Positions 36,789-45,950 of a stretch of DNA of 64,000 bases are shown in pieces. The notes beneath the pieces were generated by a model. That model did not search any database. It had not been told where the DNA came from and saw only the letters and a list, made by a program, of their open reading frames with translations. Origin of the DNA: Clostridiales bacterium (GTDB lineage: Bacteria; Bacillota; Clostridia; Christensenellales; Borkfalkiaceae); NCBI GenBank assembly GCA_015069465.1, contig SVIO01000006.1, positions 24,618 through 88,617 on the forward strand. The letters run 5' to 3'. A program made the translations under genes and the position numbers. Each line of letters opens with the position of its first letter. Position 1 is the first letter of the stretch.

Positions 36789-37157
36789 TTATAACACTTC
36801 AGGTGCAAGTGAGATAATTCTCATGTAGTCTTTATCTCTAAGTTCTCTTGCGATAGGCCCAAAGATACGTGTACCTCTTGGTTGCTTTTGGTTGTCAATA
36901 ATTACTGCTGCGTTTTCATCAAAACGAACGTATGTGCCATCTTTTCTTCTAACGCCACTTGTTGACCTAACAATAACTGCCTTTACAACGTCGCCCTTCT
37001 TAACTGCGCCACCAGGTGTAGCAGTTTTTACGCTTGCAACGATTACATCACCGATGTTACCGGTTCTTCTAAATGAGCCACCTAACACTCTAATGCACAT
37101 CAATTCTTTTGCGCCTGAGTTGTCAGCTGCTTTTAATCTTGATTGTGGTTGTATCAT
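36789..37157 (-). CDS. rplN: 50S ribosomal protein L14
   Basis: [27 protein letters not shown]. Confidence 0.98.
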   Translation of the reverse strand: MIQPQSRLKAADNSGAKELMCIRVLGGSFRRTGNIGDVIVASVKTATPGGAVKKGDVVKAVIVRSTSGVRRKDGTYVRFDENAAVIIDNQKQPRGTRIFGPIARELRDKDYMRIISLAPEVL

Positions 37158-37168
37158 TGCCTGCCTCC

Positions 37169-37423
37169 TTACTTAGCCTTTTCGATAATTTCAACAACGC
37201 GCCAGTTCTTGTCTTTTGACAATTTTCTTGTTTCAGCGATTAAAACCTTATCGCCAATACCGCATTGGTTGATTTCGTCGTGTGCTTTGAATTTATGAGT
37301 TTTCTTAATAGTTTTCTTGTATAAAGGATGTTTTGCCCTTTCTTCGATGGCAACAACTACTGTCTTATCCATCTTGTCGGAAACAACTATACCTACTCTT
37401 TCTTTTCTTAAATTTCTTTCCAT
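37169..37423 (-). CDS. rpsQ: 30S ribosomal protein S17
   Basis: [22 protein letters not shown]...HPLYKK. Confidence 0.97.
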   Translation of the reverse strand: MERNLRKERVGIVVSDKMDKTVVVAIEERAKHPLYKKTIKKTHKFKAHDEINQCGIGDKVLIAETRKLSKDKNWRVVEIIEKAK

Positions 37424-37435
37424 ATTCTCTTACTC

Positions 37436-37636
37436 CTACGCCTTAGCACCAAGTTCTCTTTCTCTTAAAAGTGTTTTAACTTTTGCAATGTCTTTCTTGC
37501 ATGTTTTAAGAGATGCAGGGTTTTCTAACTGTCCTATTGCGTGACGGAAACGAAGGTTAAACAACTCTTCTGAGAGTTCCTTTAGTTTTACATTCAATTC
37601 GTCAACTGTTAATTCGTGAAGTTCTTTCGTTCTCAT
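37436..37636 (-). CDS. rpmC: 50S ribosomal protein L29
   Basis: [25 protein letters not shown]. Confidence 0.95.
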   Translation of the reverse strand: MRTKELHELTVDELNVKLKELSEELFNLRFRHAIGQLENPASLKTCKKDIAKVKTLLRERELGAKA

Positions 37637-38085
37637 TAACCTTCACCGCCTTCTTCTTTTATTTCTTGTGCTACTTCAGCTTCCTTTTTCACAAACTTTG
37701 TTTTAACAGGAAGTTTGTGTCCAGCAAGACGCATAGCTTCTTTTGCAATATCTTCAGGTACGCCTGCCATTTCGAACAATACTCTACCTGGTTTTACTAC
37801 TGCTACCCAGAATTCAACTGAACCTTTACCACTACCCATACGGCTGTCAGCAGGTTTCTTTGTTACTGGCTTGTGTGGGAATATGTCAATCCATACCTTA
37901 CCACCACGCTTAATAAATCTTGTCATAGCAACACGGGCTGCTTCGATTTGATTTGATTTAATCCAACCTGGTTCTGTTGCTACTAAACCGTATTCGCCGT
38001 ATGCTATTTTATTACCTTTAGTACATTTGCCAGTCATTCTGCCACGATGTACTCTTCTTCTTTTTACTCTTTTAGGCATTAACAT
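37636..38085 (-). CDS. rplP: 50S ribosomal protein L16
   Basis: [20 protein letters not shown]... Confidence 0.97.
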   Translation of the reverse strand: MLMPKRVKRRRVHRGRMTGKCTKGNKIAYGEYGLVATEPGWIKSNQIEAARVAMTRFIKRGGKVWIDIFPHKPVTKKPADSRMGSGKGSVEFWVAVVKPGRVLFEMAGVPEDIAKEAMRLAGHKLPVKTKFVKKEAEVAQEIKEEGGEG

Positions 38086-38087
38086 AA

Positions 38088-38753
38088 TTAAGCTTCGCCT
38101 CCTTCATTTTTCTTCTTAGGTGCGCCGATTACTTCGCCTTTATATATCCAGCATTTAATACCGATTACACCGAAAGTTGTATGTGCTTCTGCAAAGCCAT
38201 AGTCAATGTCTGCTCTCAATGTTTGTAGAGGAATTGAACCTTCGTGATAACTTTCACTTCTTGCAATTTCTGCACCGTCAAGTCTACCACTTACCATTAC
38301 CTTTACACCCTTGATGCCACTTCTCATTGACCTGCCAATTGCTTGCTTCATTGCTCTTCTGAATGATACACGCTTTTCAAGTTGTGTTGCAATTCCTTCA
38401 GCAACGAGTTGAGCGTCTGCATCGGCTTTCTTAACTTCTGAAATGTTTACAGAAATTTGTTTGCCTGCGCAGATTTTTGATACTGTCTTTTTAATTACTT
38501 CAATTTCACTACCTTGCTTACCAATAAGAACGCCTGGACGTGCTGTAAAAATTGTTATTGTAATTTTTGTTGCAGCCTTTTCGATTACAATCTTACTGAT
38601 TGCTGCTTGGTAATATTTCTTTTTTAACACATTGCGAATTTCGTTATCTTCTTTAATGTTTGCAGCAAAATCTTTCTTTTCAACAAACCATTGAGAATCC
38701 CAATCTTTGATAACGCCAACTCTTAAACCGTGTGGATTAACTTTTTGTCCCAT
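38088..38753 (-). CDS. rpsC: 30S ribosomal protein S3
   Basis: [23 protein letters not shown]. Confidence 0.98.
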   Translation of the reverse strand: MGQKVNPHGLRVGVIKDWDSQWFVEKKDFAANIKEDNEIRNVLKKKYYQAAISKIVIEKAATKITITIFTARPGVLIGKQGSEIEVIKKTVSKICAGKQISVNISEVKKADADAQLVAEGIATQLEKRVSFRRAMKQAIGRSMRSGIKGVKVMVSGRLDGAEIARSESYHEGSIPLQTLRADIDYGFAEAHTTFGVIGIKCWIYKGEVIGAPKKKNEGGEA

Positions 38754-38764
38754 TGTTGTTCCTC

Positions 38765-39151
38765 CTAAGCCTTAGCATCCAAAATCACTGTGATGTGACT
38801 TGTACGCTTCAAAATTCTAAACGCTCTACCTTGTGCTCTTGGCATAACTCTCTTGAGCGTTGGGCCTTGGTCTGCGAAACAAGCAGCAACAAACAAGTTG
38901 TCTTTGCTCATACCGAGATTGTTTTCAGCATTTGCAGCAGCAGACATTAAAACCTTTTTAATTGGTTCTGATGCTGACTTTGGTGTGTTTTCCAAAATTG
39001 CAACTGCTTGTGTATAACTCTTGCCTCTGATGATGTCAAGCACTACTCTTACCTTGTATGGTGAAATTCTAATGTGCTTTGCAACAGCCCTTGGGCGTCT
39101 ATCTTTATTTTCTGCAATACGTGCAGTTTTTTCTCTCATATTCTTAGCCAT
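38765..39151 (-). CDS. rplV: 50S ribosomal protein L22
   Basis: ATG 39151 follows an AGGAGG RBS, 10 nt after the rpsS stop. [24 protein letters not shown]. Confidence 0.94.
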   Translation of the reverse strand: MAKNMREKTARIAENKDRRPRAVAKHIRISPYKVRVVLDIIRGKSYTQAVAILENTPKSASEPIKKVLMSAAANAENNLGMSKDNLFVAACFADQGPTLKRVMPRAQGRAFRILKRTSHITVILDAKA

Positions 39152-39161
39152 TTTACGCCTC

Positions 39162-39443
39162 CTATCTGCCACCAGATGACTTTTCTGTACCAGCATGTCC
39201 CTTGAAGGTTCTTGTTGGTGCGAACTCACCGAGTTTGCATCCTACCATATCTTCAGTCATATATACTGGAACGTGTTTTCTTCCGTCATAGACAGCAACA
39301 GTATGTCCTACCATTTGTGGGAATATTGTTGATGACCTTGACCAAGTCTTCAAAACTTTCTTTTCGTTCTTTTCGTTTAATTCTTCAATTCTCTTTAAGA
39401 GTTTAGGTTCTACATAAGGACCTTTTTTAACACTTCTACTCAT
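39162..39443 (-). CDS. rpsS: 30S ribosomal protein S19
   Basis: [19 protein letters not shown]...[16 protein letters not shown]. Confidence 0.98.
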   Translation of the reverse strand: MSRSVKKGPYVEPKLLKRIEELNEKNEKKVLKTWSRSSTIFPQMVGHTVAVYDGRKHVPVYMTEDMVGCKLGEFAPTRTFKGHAGTEKSSGGR

Positions 39444-39453
39444 GTCGCTCTCC

Positions 39454-40281
39454 TTAATTTATCCTTGTAATAATAAGTTTGTTAGAGGCTTTTTTATGCT
39501 TTCTTGTCTTATAACCAAGAGCAGGTTTGCCCCAAGGAGTAACAGGACCAGGCATACCAACAGGTGACTTACCTTCACCACCACCATGTGGGTGGTCACA
39601 TGGGTTCATTACAACACCACGAACTGAAGGACGAATACCTAAGTATCTTGTTTTACCTGCCTTACCAATCCTAATAATTTCATGTTCAACATTGCCTACT
39701 TGACCGATTGTTGCTTTACATGTTGCAAGAATGTATCTCATTTCGCCACTTGGCATCTTGAGTGTTACATATTTTTCATCTCTTGCCATGATTTGAGCGC
39801 TCATACCAGCTGCTCTTGCAATTTGGCCACCCTTACCAGGTTGCATTTCAATGTTGTGTACCATTGTACCTACAGGAATATCTTTAAGTGCAAGTGCGTT
39901 ACCTGCTTTAATATCAGCAGTTGGACCACTCATAACTTTGTCACCTACTTTTAAGCCTACTGGTGCAAGGATATATGTCTTTGAACCATCTGCATAGTAA
40001 AGTAAAGCGATGTTTGCACTACGGTTTGGGTCGTATTCAACACTCTTAACTGTTGCTGGGATACCATCTTTCATTCTCTTGAAATCGATGATACGATATT
40101 TTCTTCTATTACCACCACCAATATGGCGAACAGTTATTTTACCTTGAGAGTTTCTACCACCACTCTTTCTTTGGTCTTCCAAAAGAGATTTTTCTGGTTT
40201 CTTAGCCGTAATTTCATCAAAAGCACTTACTGTCATAAAACGACGAGCTGATGAAGTCGGTTTATATCTTTTAATAGCCAT
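39454..40281 (-). CDS. rplB: 50S ribosomal protein L2
   Basis: [14 protein letters not shown]...[15 protein letters not shown]. Confidence 0.98.
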   Translation of the reverse strand: MAIKRYKPTSSARRFMTVSAFDEITAKKPEKSLLEDQRKSGGRNSQGKITVRHIGGGNRRKYRIIDFKRMKDGIPATVKSVEYDPNRSANIALLYYADGSKTYILAPVGLKVGDKVMSGPTADIKAGNALALKDIPVGTMVHNIEMQPGKGGQIARAAGMSAQIMARDEKYVTLKMPSGEMRYILATCKATIGQVGNVEHEIIRIGKAGKTRYLGIRPSVRGVVMNPCDHPHGGGEGKSPVGMPGPVTPWGKPALGYKTRKHKKASNKLIITRIN

Positions 40282-40300
40282 TTATCTACCCTCCGAATAA

Positions 40301-40591
40301 TTATGACAATGAATCGAAGAACTCTATCGACTTACTGTCTTGTTTAAGTTGAACAATGGCTTTCTTATAGTCTGGTGTATAACCTTCGTATTTGCCTTGT
40401 CTTTTCAACTTGCCACTAACGATTGCTGTGTTTACCTTTTCAACGCTTACGCCGAAAATTTCTTCAATAGCGAGTTTAATTTCTGTTTTGTTTGCATTTT
40501 TTGCAACTACAAAACTATATTTCTTATCTTTAATGCCCGCATAACTCTTTTCTGAAAGAAGCGGTTTAATTATAATATCACGTGCAGCCAT
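40301..40591 (-). CDS. rplW: 50S ribosomal protein L23
   Basis: IIKPLLSEKSY...FVVAKNANKTEIKLAIEEIFGV. Confidence 0.96.
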   Translation of the reverse strand: MAARDIIIKPLLSEKSYAGIKDKKYSFVVAKNANKTEIKLAIEEIFGVSVEKVNTAIVSGKLKRQGKYEGYTPDYKKAIVQLKQDSKSIEFFDSLS

Positions 40592-41217
40592 TATTTACCA
40601 TAGACCTCCTCGATTTGTTGTACGGCCTGTTTAGAAATAACGATTTTAGCATTTTTTACTACATCGTATGTGTTGATTTGGTCAACAGGAAGTGTTGAAA
40701 TCTTTGCGATGTTTGCACTTGCTCTTAAAACGCTTTCATCATTGTTATCCATAACAAGTAATACTGTTTTTTCTAAGTTGAACGCTTTGAGGAACGCAGC
40801 CATTTCTTTTGTCTTTGGTTGAGCAACTTGAATTTGGTCAACAAAGATTACTTCATCATCTCTTATCTTTTGTGAAAGTGCTGATAAAAGCGCTACTGCT
40901 TTTGCTTTGCTGTTCATCTTCTTAGAGAAATCTCTTGACTTAGGTGCGAATACAACGCCACCCTTTATCCATTGTGGGCTTCTGATAGAACCTTGTCTTG
41001 CTCTACCTGTTCCCTTTTGTCTCCAAGGTTTTGCACCACCACCACGAACTTCACTGCGTGTTAATGTGCTTTTTGTGCCTTGTCTTTCGTTTGCAAGTCT
41101 TGCAACTACTGCTTGATGGATTACAGCTTCATTATATTCTGCATTGAACAAAGCGTCAGATAATTCAAGAGTGCCGATTTCCTTTGCTTTCATATCATAC
41201 AATTTAACATTTGGCAT
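40591..41217 (-). CDS. rplD: 50S ribosomal protein L4
   Basis: TRSEVRGGGAKPWRQKGTGRARQGSIRSPQW. Confidence 0.97.
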   Translation of the reverse strand: MPNVKLYDMKAKEIGTLELSDALFNAEYNEAVIHQAVVARLANERQGTKSTLTRSEVRGGGAKPWRQKGTGRARQGSIRSPQWIKGGVVFAPKSRDFSKKMNSKAKAVALLSALSQKIRDDEVIFVDQIQVAQPKTKEMAAFLKAFNLEKTVLLVMDNNDESVLRASANIAKISTLPVDQINTYDVVKNAKIVISKQAVQQIEEVYGK

Positions 41218-41228
41218 AACTATTCTCC

Positions 41229-41861
41229 TTACGCTTTAACGCTGTTTCTTAATGTAACGATTCCCTTGATAGGACCTGGAACTGCACCCTTAACTAAGAT
41301 TGCGTTTCTTTCCTTATCTACCTTTACGACTTCAAGGTTTAATATTGTGACATTTTCATGTCCCCAATGTCCTGGTAAGTTCTTGCCCTTAAATACTCTT
41401 GATGGATTACTGATAGCACCCATAGAACCTGGTTCTCTGTGTACAGGGCCAACACCGTGAGTTTCTTTCAATCTATGTTGATTCCATCTCTTGATAACGC
41501 CAGTAAATCCGTGACCTTTTGATACGCCTGATACGTCAATTCTGTCACCTGCAACGAAAGTGTCGCATGTAATAACTGAACCTACTGTCATCGCATCTGC
41601 ACCGTCAAGTTTGAATTCCTTCATAACTTTGCATGGTTTGATGCCTGCCTTTTTGAACTGACCAAGTTGTGGTTTGTTCACGCCTTTTTCATCTGTTTCA
41701 CTAAAACCTAGTTTTACAGCTGAATAGCCGTCTCTTTCTAAAGTTTTTACCTGAACAACTGGGCATGGACCTGCCTCGATTACTGTTACAGGAATAACTT
41801 TACCGTCTTGGGAAAATAATTGTGTCATTCCCAACTTTCTTCCAATGATTGCTTTATTCAT
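41229..41861 (-). CDS. rplC: 50S ribosomal protein L3
   Basis: IIGRKLGMTQLF...VTVIEAGPC...SKGHGFTGVIKRWN. Confidence 0.98.
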   Translation of the reverse strand: MNKAIIGRKLGMTQLFSQDGKVIPVTVIEAGPCPVVQVKTLERDGYSAVKLGFSETDEKGVNKPQLGQFKKAGIKPCKVMKEFKLDGADAMTVGSVITCDTFVAGDRIDVSGVSKGHGFTGVIKRWNQHRLKETHGVGPVHREPGSMGAISNPSRVFKGKNLPGHWGHENVTILNLEVVKVDKERNAILVKGAVPGPIKGIVTLRNSVKA

Positions 41862-41903
41862 AGATAAAGTTCACCTCCATATATATTATATAATGTTTAT
41901 AAA

Positions 41904-42203
41904 TTACAATTTGATTTTGATATCAACACCTGCTGGTAAGTGGATGCTATCTAATAGTTTTACGTTTGGTGAATAGATATCGATAAGTCTTTTATGTGTT
42001 CTGATTTCGAATTGCTCACGTGAATCTTTATATTTGTGTGGTGAGCGAAGAATTGTTACAACTTCTTTTTCTGTTGGTAGTGGAATAGGTCCACTAATCT
42101 TTGCGCCAGACTTTTTCATTGTTTCAACAATTCTTGTTGCTGCTTGGTCGAGCATTTCTGTGTCATAAGACATCAATTTGATTCTGATTTTTTGACTTGC
42201 CAT
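41904..42203 (-). CDS. rpsJ: 30S ribosomal protein S10
   Basis: [24 protein letters not shown]...GPIPLPT. Confidence 0.97.
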   Translation of the reverse strand: MASQKIRIKLMSYDTEMLDQAATRIVETMKKSGAKISGPIPLPTEKEVVTILRSPHKYKDSREQFEIRTHKRLIDIYSPNVKLLDSIHLPAGVDIKIKL

Positions 42204-42273
42204 AATTTTTTCCTCTTCTTAACTTAATTTTTTTGTGTGCTGTAAACTCTGCCGTGTGTGTCATTTTTTGATA

Positions 42274-42321
42274 ATAAAAAAATCATTCGCCGATACTTAT
42301 ATTTAAGTCGCTGCGAATGAC
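42274..42321 (-). terminator. intrinsic-terminator-like hairpin inside the rpsJ leader (candidate attenuator)
   Basis: Minus-strand RNA reads GUCAUUCGC-(22-nt loop with an internal sub-stem)-GCGAAUGAU followed by UUUUUUU. It sits ~70 nt upstream of the rpsJ ATG and downstream of the predicted promoter. Confidence 0.5.
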
Positions 42322-42446
42322 TCTGATTAATTCTACTTTTAAGTTAATCGCAGGGGTCTTGCCCCCACACTTGTCAACGGAAATTATCTTTCGATTTGCA
42401 CGAATTAAGTAACTTCCCGTATCATCCCAGATTACACAGCCTACAT

Positions 42447-42475
42447 ATTATACAAAATTTATTTAGGCTTGTCAA
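42447..42475 (-). promoter_or_regulatory. S10 operon promoter, exact TTGACA-N17-TATAAT, with an A/T-rich UP-like region upstream
   Basis: The minus strand reads TTGACAagcctaaataaattttgTATAAT. The ~70 nt upstream (42476..42550) are almost pure A/T tracts. Confidence 0.65.
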
Positions 42476-42554
42476 TCATTTTTATAAGGTTTTTAGAATT
42501 TTTTTATTATTTTTTTAATATAATTTTTCTACAATTTTTGCAGTGTTTTTTTGC

Positions 42555-43781
42555 TTATGCTATCTCTTTTTTAATGAGAACAGGTTTTGAAGTGCCACTA
42601 ACAACCCCTTCATCTACTATGACTTTTTTAATATCCGTTTGTGAAGGAAGGTCATACATTGTTTCAATCATAAGATTTTCAAAAATTGTTCTAAGTCCCC
42701 TTGCACCTGTTTTTAATGCAATAGCCTTTTTTGCGATTGCTAAAACTGCATCATCGGTTATTTCGAGTTCTACATTATCTAAACCAATTAACTTTTTATA
42801 TTGTTTTACCAAAGCATTTTTTGGCTTAGTTAAAATGTTAACCAAAGCATTTTCATCAAGTGGGCTTAAACCTACAGTTATAGGAATTCTTCCAACAAAC
42901 TCTGGAATTAAACCGAACTTTATTAAATCTTGTGGTTGAACTTCTTTGATGATATCGGCAGTTTTATCCTTTGGTTTTTCTACATTACCGATAAAACCTA
43001 AAGACGTTGAACCTTTTCTCTTGCTGATGATATCATCAAGACCAACAAATGCACCACCACAGATAAACAATATATTTGTAGTATCAATTCTAATGCATTC
43101 TTGTTGTGGGTGTTTTCTGCCACCTTGTGGTGGAACCGATGCAACAGTTCCTTCAATAATTTTTAAGAGTGCTTGTTGCACGCCTTCGCCAGAAACATCA
43201 CGAGTAATAGAAACATTTTCACCTTTACGCGCTATCTTATCGATTTCATCGATGTAAACTATACCCTTTTGTGCCCTTTCAATATCAAAATCTGCACTTT
43301 GAATAAGTTTTAATAAGATATTTTCAACGTCTTCACCAACATAACCTGCTTCGGTGAGCGTTGTAGCATCTGCAACGGCAAATGGCACATCTAAAATCTT
43401 TGCAAGCGTTCTTGCGAGCAAAGTTTTACCACTACCTGTTGGACCGAGCACCAATATATTGCTTTTATCAATTTCTAAACCACTGTTATCGGCGCAGGCA
43501 TTGATGCGCTTGTAATGATTATATACGGCAACTGATAAAACCTTTTTTGCTTGTTCTTGACCAACGATAAATTCATCGAGTTTGTCTTTAATTTCAGCAG
43601 GTTTTAATAGTCTTACGCATTCAACATCATTTGTTTTGTCTGACTCTTCTTTTAACACGTCTCTGCAAATTTCAATACACTCATCGCAAATATACACACC
43701 GTTTGGGCCAGCGATTAAGCGTTTTGTCATTTCTTCAGGTTTGCCACAAAAAGAGCAATGCAAATGTTCAGTATCTTTCAT
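42555..43781 (-). CDS. clpX: ATP-dependent Clp protease ATP-binding subunit ClpX
   Basis: N-terminal zinc finger CSFCGK...CDEC, Walker [12 protein letters not shown] and [10 protein letters not shown]. Confidence 0.98.
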   Translation of the reverse strand: MKDTEHLHCSFCGKPEEMTKRLIAGPNGVYICDECIEICRDVLKEESDKTNDVECVRLLKPAEIKDKLDEFIVGQEQAKKVLSVAVYNHYKRINACADNSGLEIDKSNILVLGPTGSGKTLLARTLAKILDVPFAVADATTLTEAGYVGEDVENILLKLIQSADFDIERAQKGIVYIDEIDKIARKGENVSITRDVSGEGVQQALLKIIEGTVASVPPQGGRKHPQQECIRIDTTNILFICGGAFVGLDDIISKRKGSTSLGFIGNVEKPKDKTADIIKEVQPQDLIKFGLIPEFVGRIPITVGLSPLDENALVNILTKPKNALVKQYKKLIGLDNVELEITDDAVLAIAKKAIALKTGARGLRTIFENLMIETMYDLPSQTDIKKVIVDEGVVSGTSKPVLIKKEIA

Positions 43782-43797
43782 ATATCTCCGTTAATTT

Positions 43798-44394
43798 TTA
43801 TGGGCGTTTTACTAAAATTTCATCGATGAGCCCGTATTCTTTTGCCTCGTTTGCTGATAAATAATTATCTCTATCGGTATCTTTTTCTACTTGTTCGATA
43901 GGTTTGCCACTATTTTCAGAAAGAATTTTGTTTAGGCGATTCTTTGTTTTAATGATATGTTCTGCTTGAATTTTAATATCACTTGCTTGACCTTGAGCAC
44001 CACCTAATGGTTGATGAATCATGATTTCGCTGTTTGGAAGAGCATATCTTTTGCCTTTAGCGCCACTTGAAAGTAAAAACGCACCCATGCTTGCGGCAAG
44101 ACCGATACAAATTGTGCTTACATCACACTTGATGTAGTTCATCGTATCATAAATAGCAAGACCAGCAGTAACACTTCCACCTGGGCTGTTTATATATAGA
44201 CAAATGTCTTTATTTGGGTCTTTTGCTTCAAGAAAAATGAGCTGAGCAACAACGGTGTCTGCAACAGCATCGTTGATTTCGCCCGTTAAAAATATAACCC
44301 TATCTTCTAAAAGCCTTGAATAAATATCGTAACTTCTTTCACCTTTCCCCGTTTGTTCAACAACATAAGGAACAACAGCACCCTTTATATCCAT
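43798..44394 (-). CDS. clpP: ATP-dependent Clp protease proteolytic subunit ClpP
   Basis: [19 protein letters not shown], with catalytic Ser in [11 protein letters not shown] and His in IMIHQP. I chose the second ATG (44394) for its better spacing to the GGGGG SD; 44400 is also possible. Confidence 0.95.
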   Translation of the reverse strand: MDIKGAVVPYVVEQTGKGERSYDIYSRLLEDRVIFLTGEINDAVADTVVAQLIFLEAKDPNKDICLYINSPGGSVTAGLAIYDTMNYIKCDVSTICIGLAASMGAFLLSSGAKGKRYALPNSEIMIHQPLGGAQGQASDIKIQAEHIIKTKNRLNKILSENSGKPIEQVEKDTDRDNYLSANEAKEYGLIDEILVKRP

Positions 44395-44430
44395 ATACAT
44401 ACCCCCGTTAAAATATTCTTTATTATTTGA

Positions 44431-44458
44431 GTATCGTCCGGCAAAAGCCGAACGATAC
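44431..44458 (-). promoter_or_regulatory. 12-bp stem-loop in the predicted clpP 5'UTR
   Basis: Minus-strand RNA reads GUAUCGUUCGGC-UUUU-GCCGGACGAUAC. It has one G-U pair that would be a C-A mismatch on the plus strand. No U-tract follows. Confidence 0.4.
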
Positions 44459-44470
44459 CTAAAAAATGTT

Positions 44471-44479
44471 ATTATAACA
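44471..44479 (-). promoter_or_regulatory. extended -10 promoter element TGTTATAAT upstream of clpP
   Basis: The minus strand reads ttTGtTATAAT, between the tig stop and the clpP 5'UTR hairpin. There is no good -35. Confidence 0.4.
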
Positions 44480-44518
44480 AAATTATTTTACCCTTAAAAA
44501 GGGATTTTAAACTATCTA

Positions 44519-45805
44519 TTATTCGATAGTGTTTGAAGATTTAAGAAGGTCAAAGAACTTCTTGATAATGATATCATTTTTGATATAATCAAGTTGGCGA
44601 GCACCCATGTTCTTTTTGATGTCTGGAACTTCTTTGCCTTGTGATTTTGCCATTTCTTCAACTCTCTTTTCAACTTCTTCATCAGTTGCTGAAATTTCTT
44701 CTTTTTCGATAATTGCTTCAATTACGAGTTGTGATTTAACATATTCAGCTGCTTGCTCAGCATAATCTTTTCTAAAGTCTTCCATTGACTTGTTCATGTA
44801 TTTTAAGTAATCAGCAAGTCTTAAACCTTGATATTGAAGACGATATTCCATTTCTTGAACCATTCTGTCGATTTGGTTTTCAATCATAGCGTCTGGAATT
44901 TCAACATCGCTTGTTTCTGTAATTTTCTTGATGATTTCATCTTCAAGTTCTCTTTCTGCTCTGTCAGCGTTTTGCTTTTCAAACTTTTCTTTTGTTTGTG
45001 CTTTATATGCATCTAATGTTTCTACGCCAACTGCATCTTTAATGAATTCATCGTTGATTTCTGGAAGTTCTTTTTTCTTGATTTCGTGTAGTTTAATAGC
45101 GAAAACAGCATCTTTACCCTTAAGATTTTCTGCGTGATATTCTTCTGGGAATTTAACGTTGATATCCTTTTCATCACAGATATTCATACCGATAAGTTGT
45201 TCTTCAAATCCTGGAATAAATGTTTTGCTTCCAATAACGAGTGTTTGTTTTTCAGCTGTGCCACCGTCAAACTTAACGCCGTCAACACTGCCAGAGTAGT
45301 CGATAATAACTGTGTCGCCATCTGCAACTGCTCTATCAGTAACTTCTACAAGACGAGAGTTGCGTTCTTGTAAACGTTTGATATCTTCTTCTACATCTTC
45401 GTCTTTTACATTATATACATTTTTCTTGTAAGTTATACCTTTATATTCACCAATTACAACTTCTGGCTTAACTGCAACGATAGCAACCATTGTGATACCT
45501 TTAGCGCTAATCTTTTTGATGTCAAGTTCAGGTGCTGCAACTGCTTCTATAGAAGTTTCCTTTTCTAAAATTTCTGAATAGTATTTTGGGAATGCTTGGT
45601 TGATTGCTTCTTCATAGAAAACACCTTCACCATAAGCAGATTCTAAAACCTTCTTTGGAACTTTGCCCTTTCTAAAACCTGCCATGCTATATCTGCCCTT
45701 TGTTTTTTCATAAGCTTCATCAATTGCTTTGTTCCATTCGGTTGCTGTTAAATCAATGGTAATTTTTACTGTACTTTTCTTACCTTTTTCAAAAGTATAT
45801 TTCAT
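44519..45805 (-). CDS. tig: trigger factor
   Basis: GFRKGKVPKKVLE ribosome-binding motif, a central FKBP-like domain, 428 aa. Confidence 0.96.
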   Translation of the reverse strand: MKYTFEKGKKSTVKITIDLTATEWNKAIDEAYEKTKGRYSMAGFRKGKVPKKVLESAYGEGVFYEEAINQAFPKYYSEILEKETSIEAVAAPELDIKKISAKGITMVAIVAVKPEVVIGEYKGITYKKNVYNVKDEDVEEDIKRLQERNSRLVEVTDRAVADGDTVIIDYSGSVDGVKFDGGTAEKQTLVIGSKTFIPGFEEQLIGMNICDEKDINVKFPEEYHAENLKGKDAVFAIKLHEIKKKELPEINDEFIKDAVGVETLDAYKAQTKEKFEKQNADRAERELEDEIIKKITETSDVEIPDAMIENQIDRMVQEMEYRLQYQGLRLADYLKYMNKSMEDFRKDYAEQAAEYVKSQLVIEAIIEKEEISATDEEVEKRVEEMAKSQGKEVPDIKKNMGARQLDYIKNDIIIKKFFDLLKSSNTIE

Positions 45806-45950
45806 ATCAATCTCCTAATAGTTGAATTACTAAAGTATTTTATCACAATGCAAAACAAAAGGCAAGGTTTTTTAGCCGATTTAATTGCATTTTTAACACA
45901 TTTATATATTAAAAATATATATTTTTTGATTTTTTAATCATTTTTAGTAG

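Noticed and set aside
42469-42939. 156-aa plus-strand ORF starting in the S10 promoter region and running antisense into clpX
   Set aside because: It is antisense to clpX. Its start lies inside the minus-strand promoter and UP region, and its hydrophobic low-complexity sequence is typical of AT-rich antisense frames.
44512-44721. 69-aa minus-strand ORF overlapping the tig 3' end
   Set aside because: It is an alternative frame inside trigger factor. Its Lys-rich sequence comes from the GAA/AAG-rich coding region.
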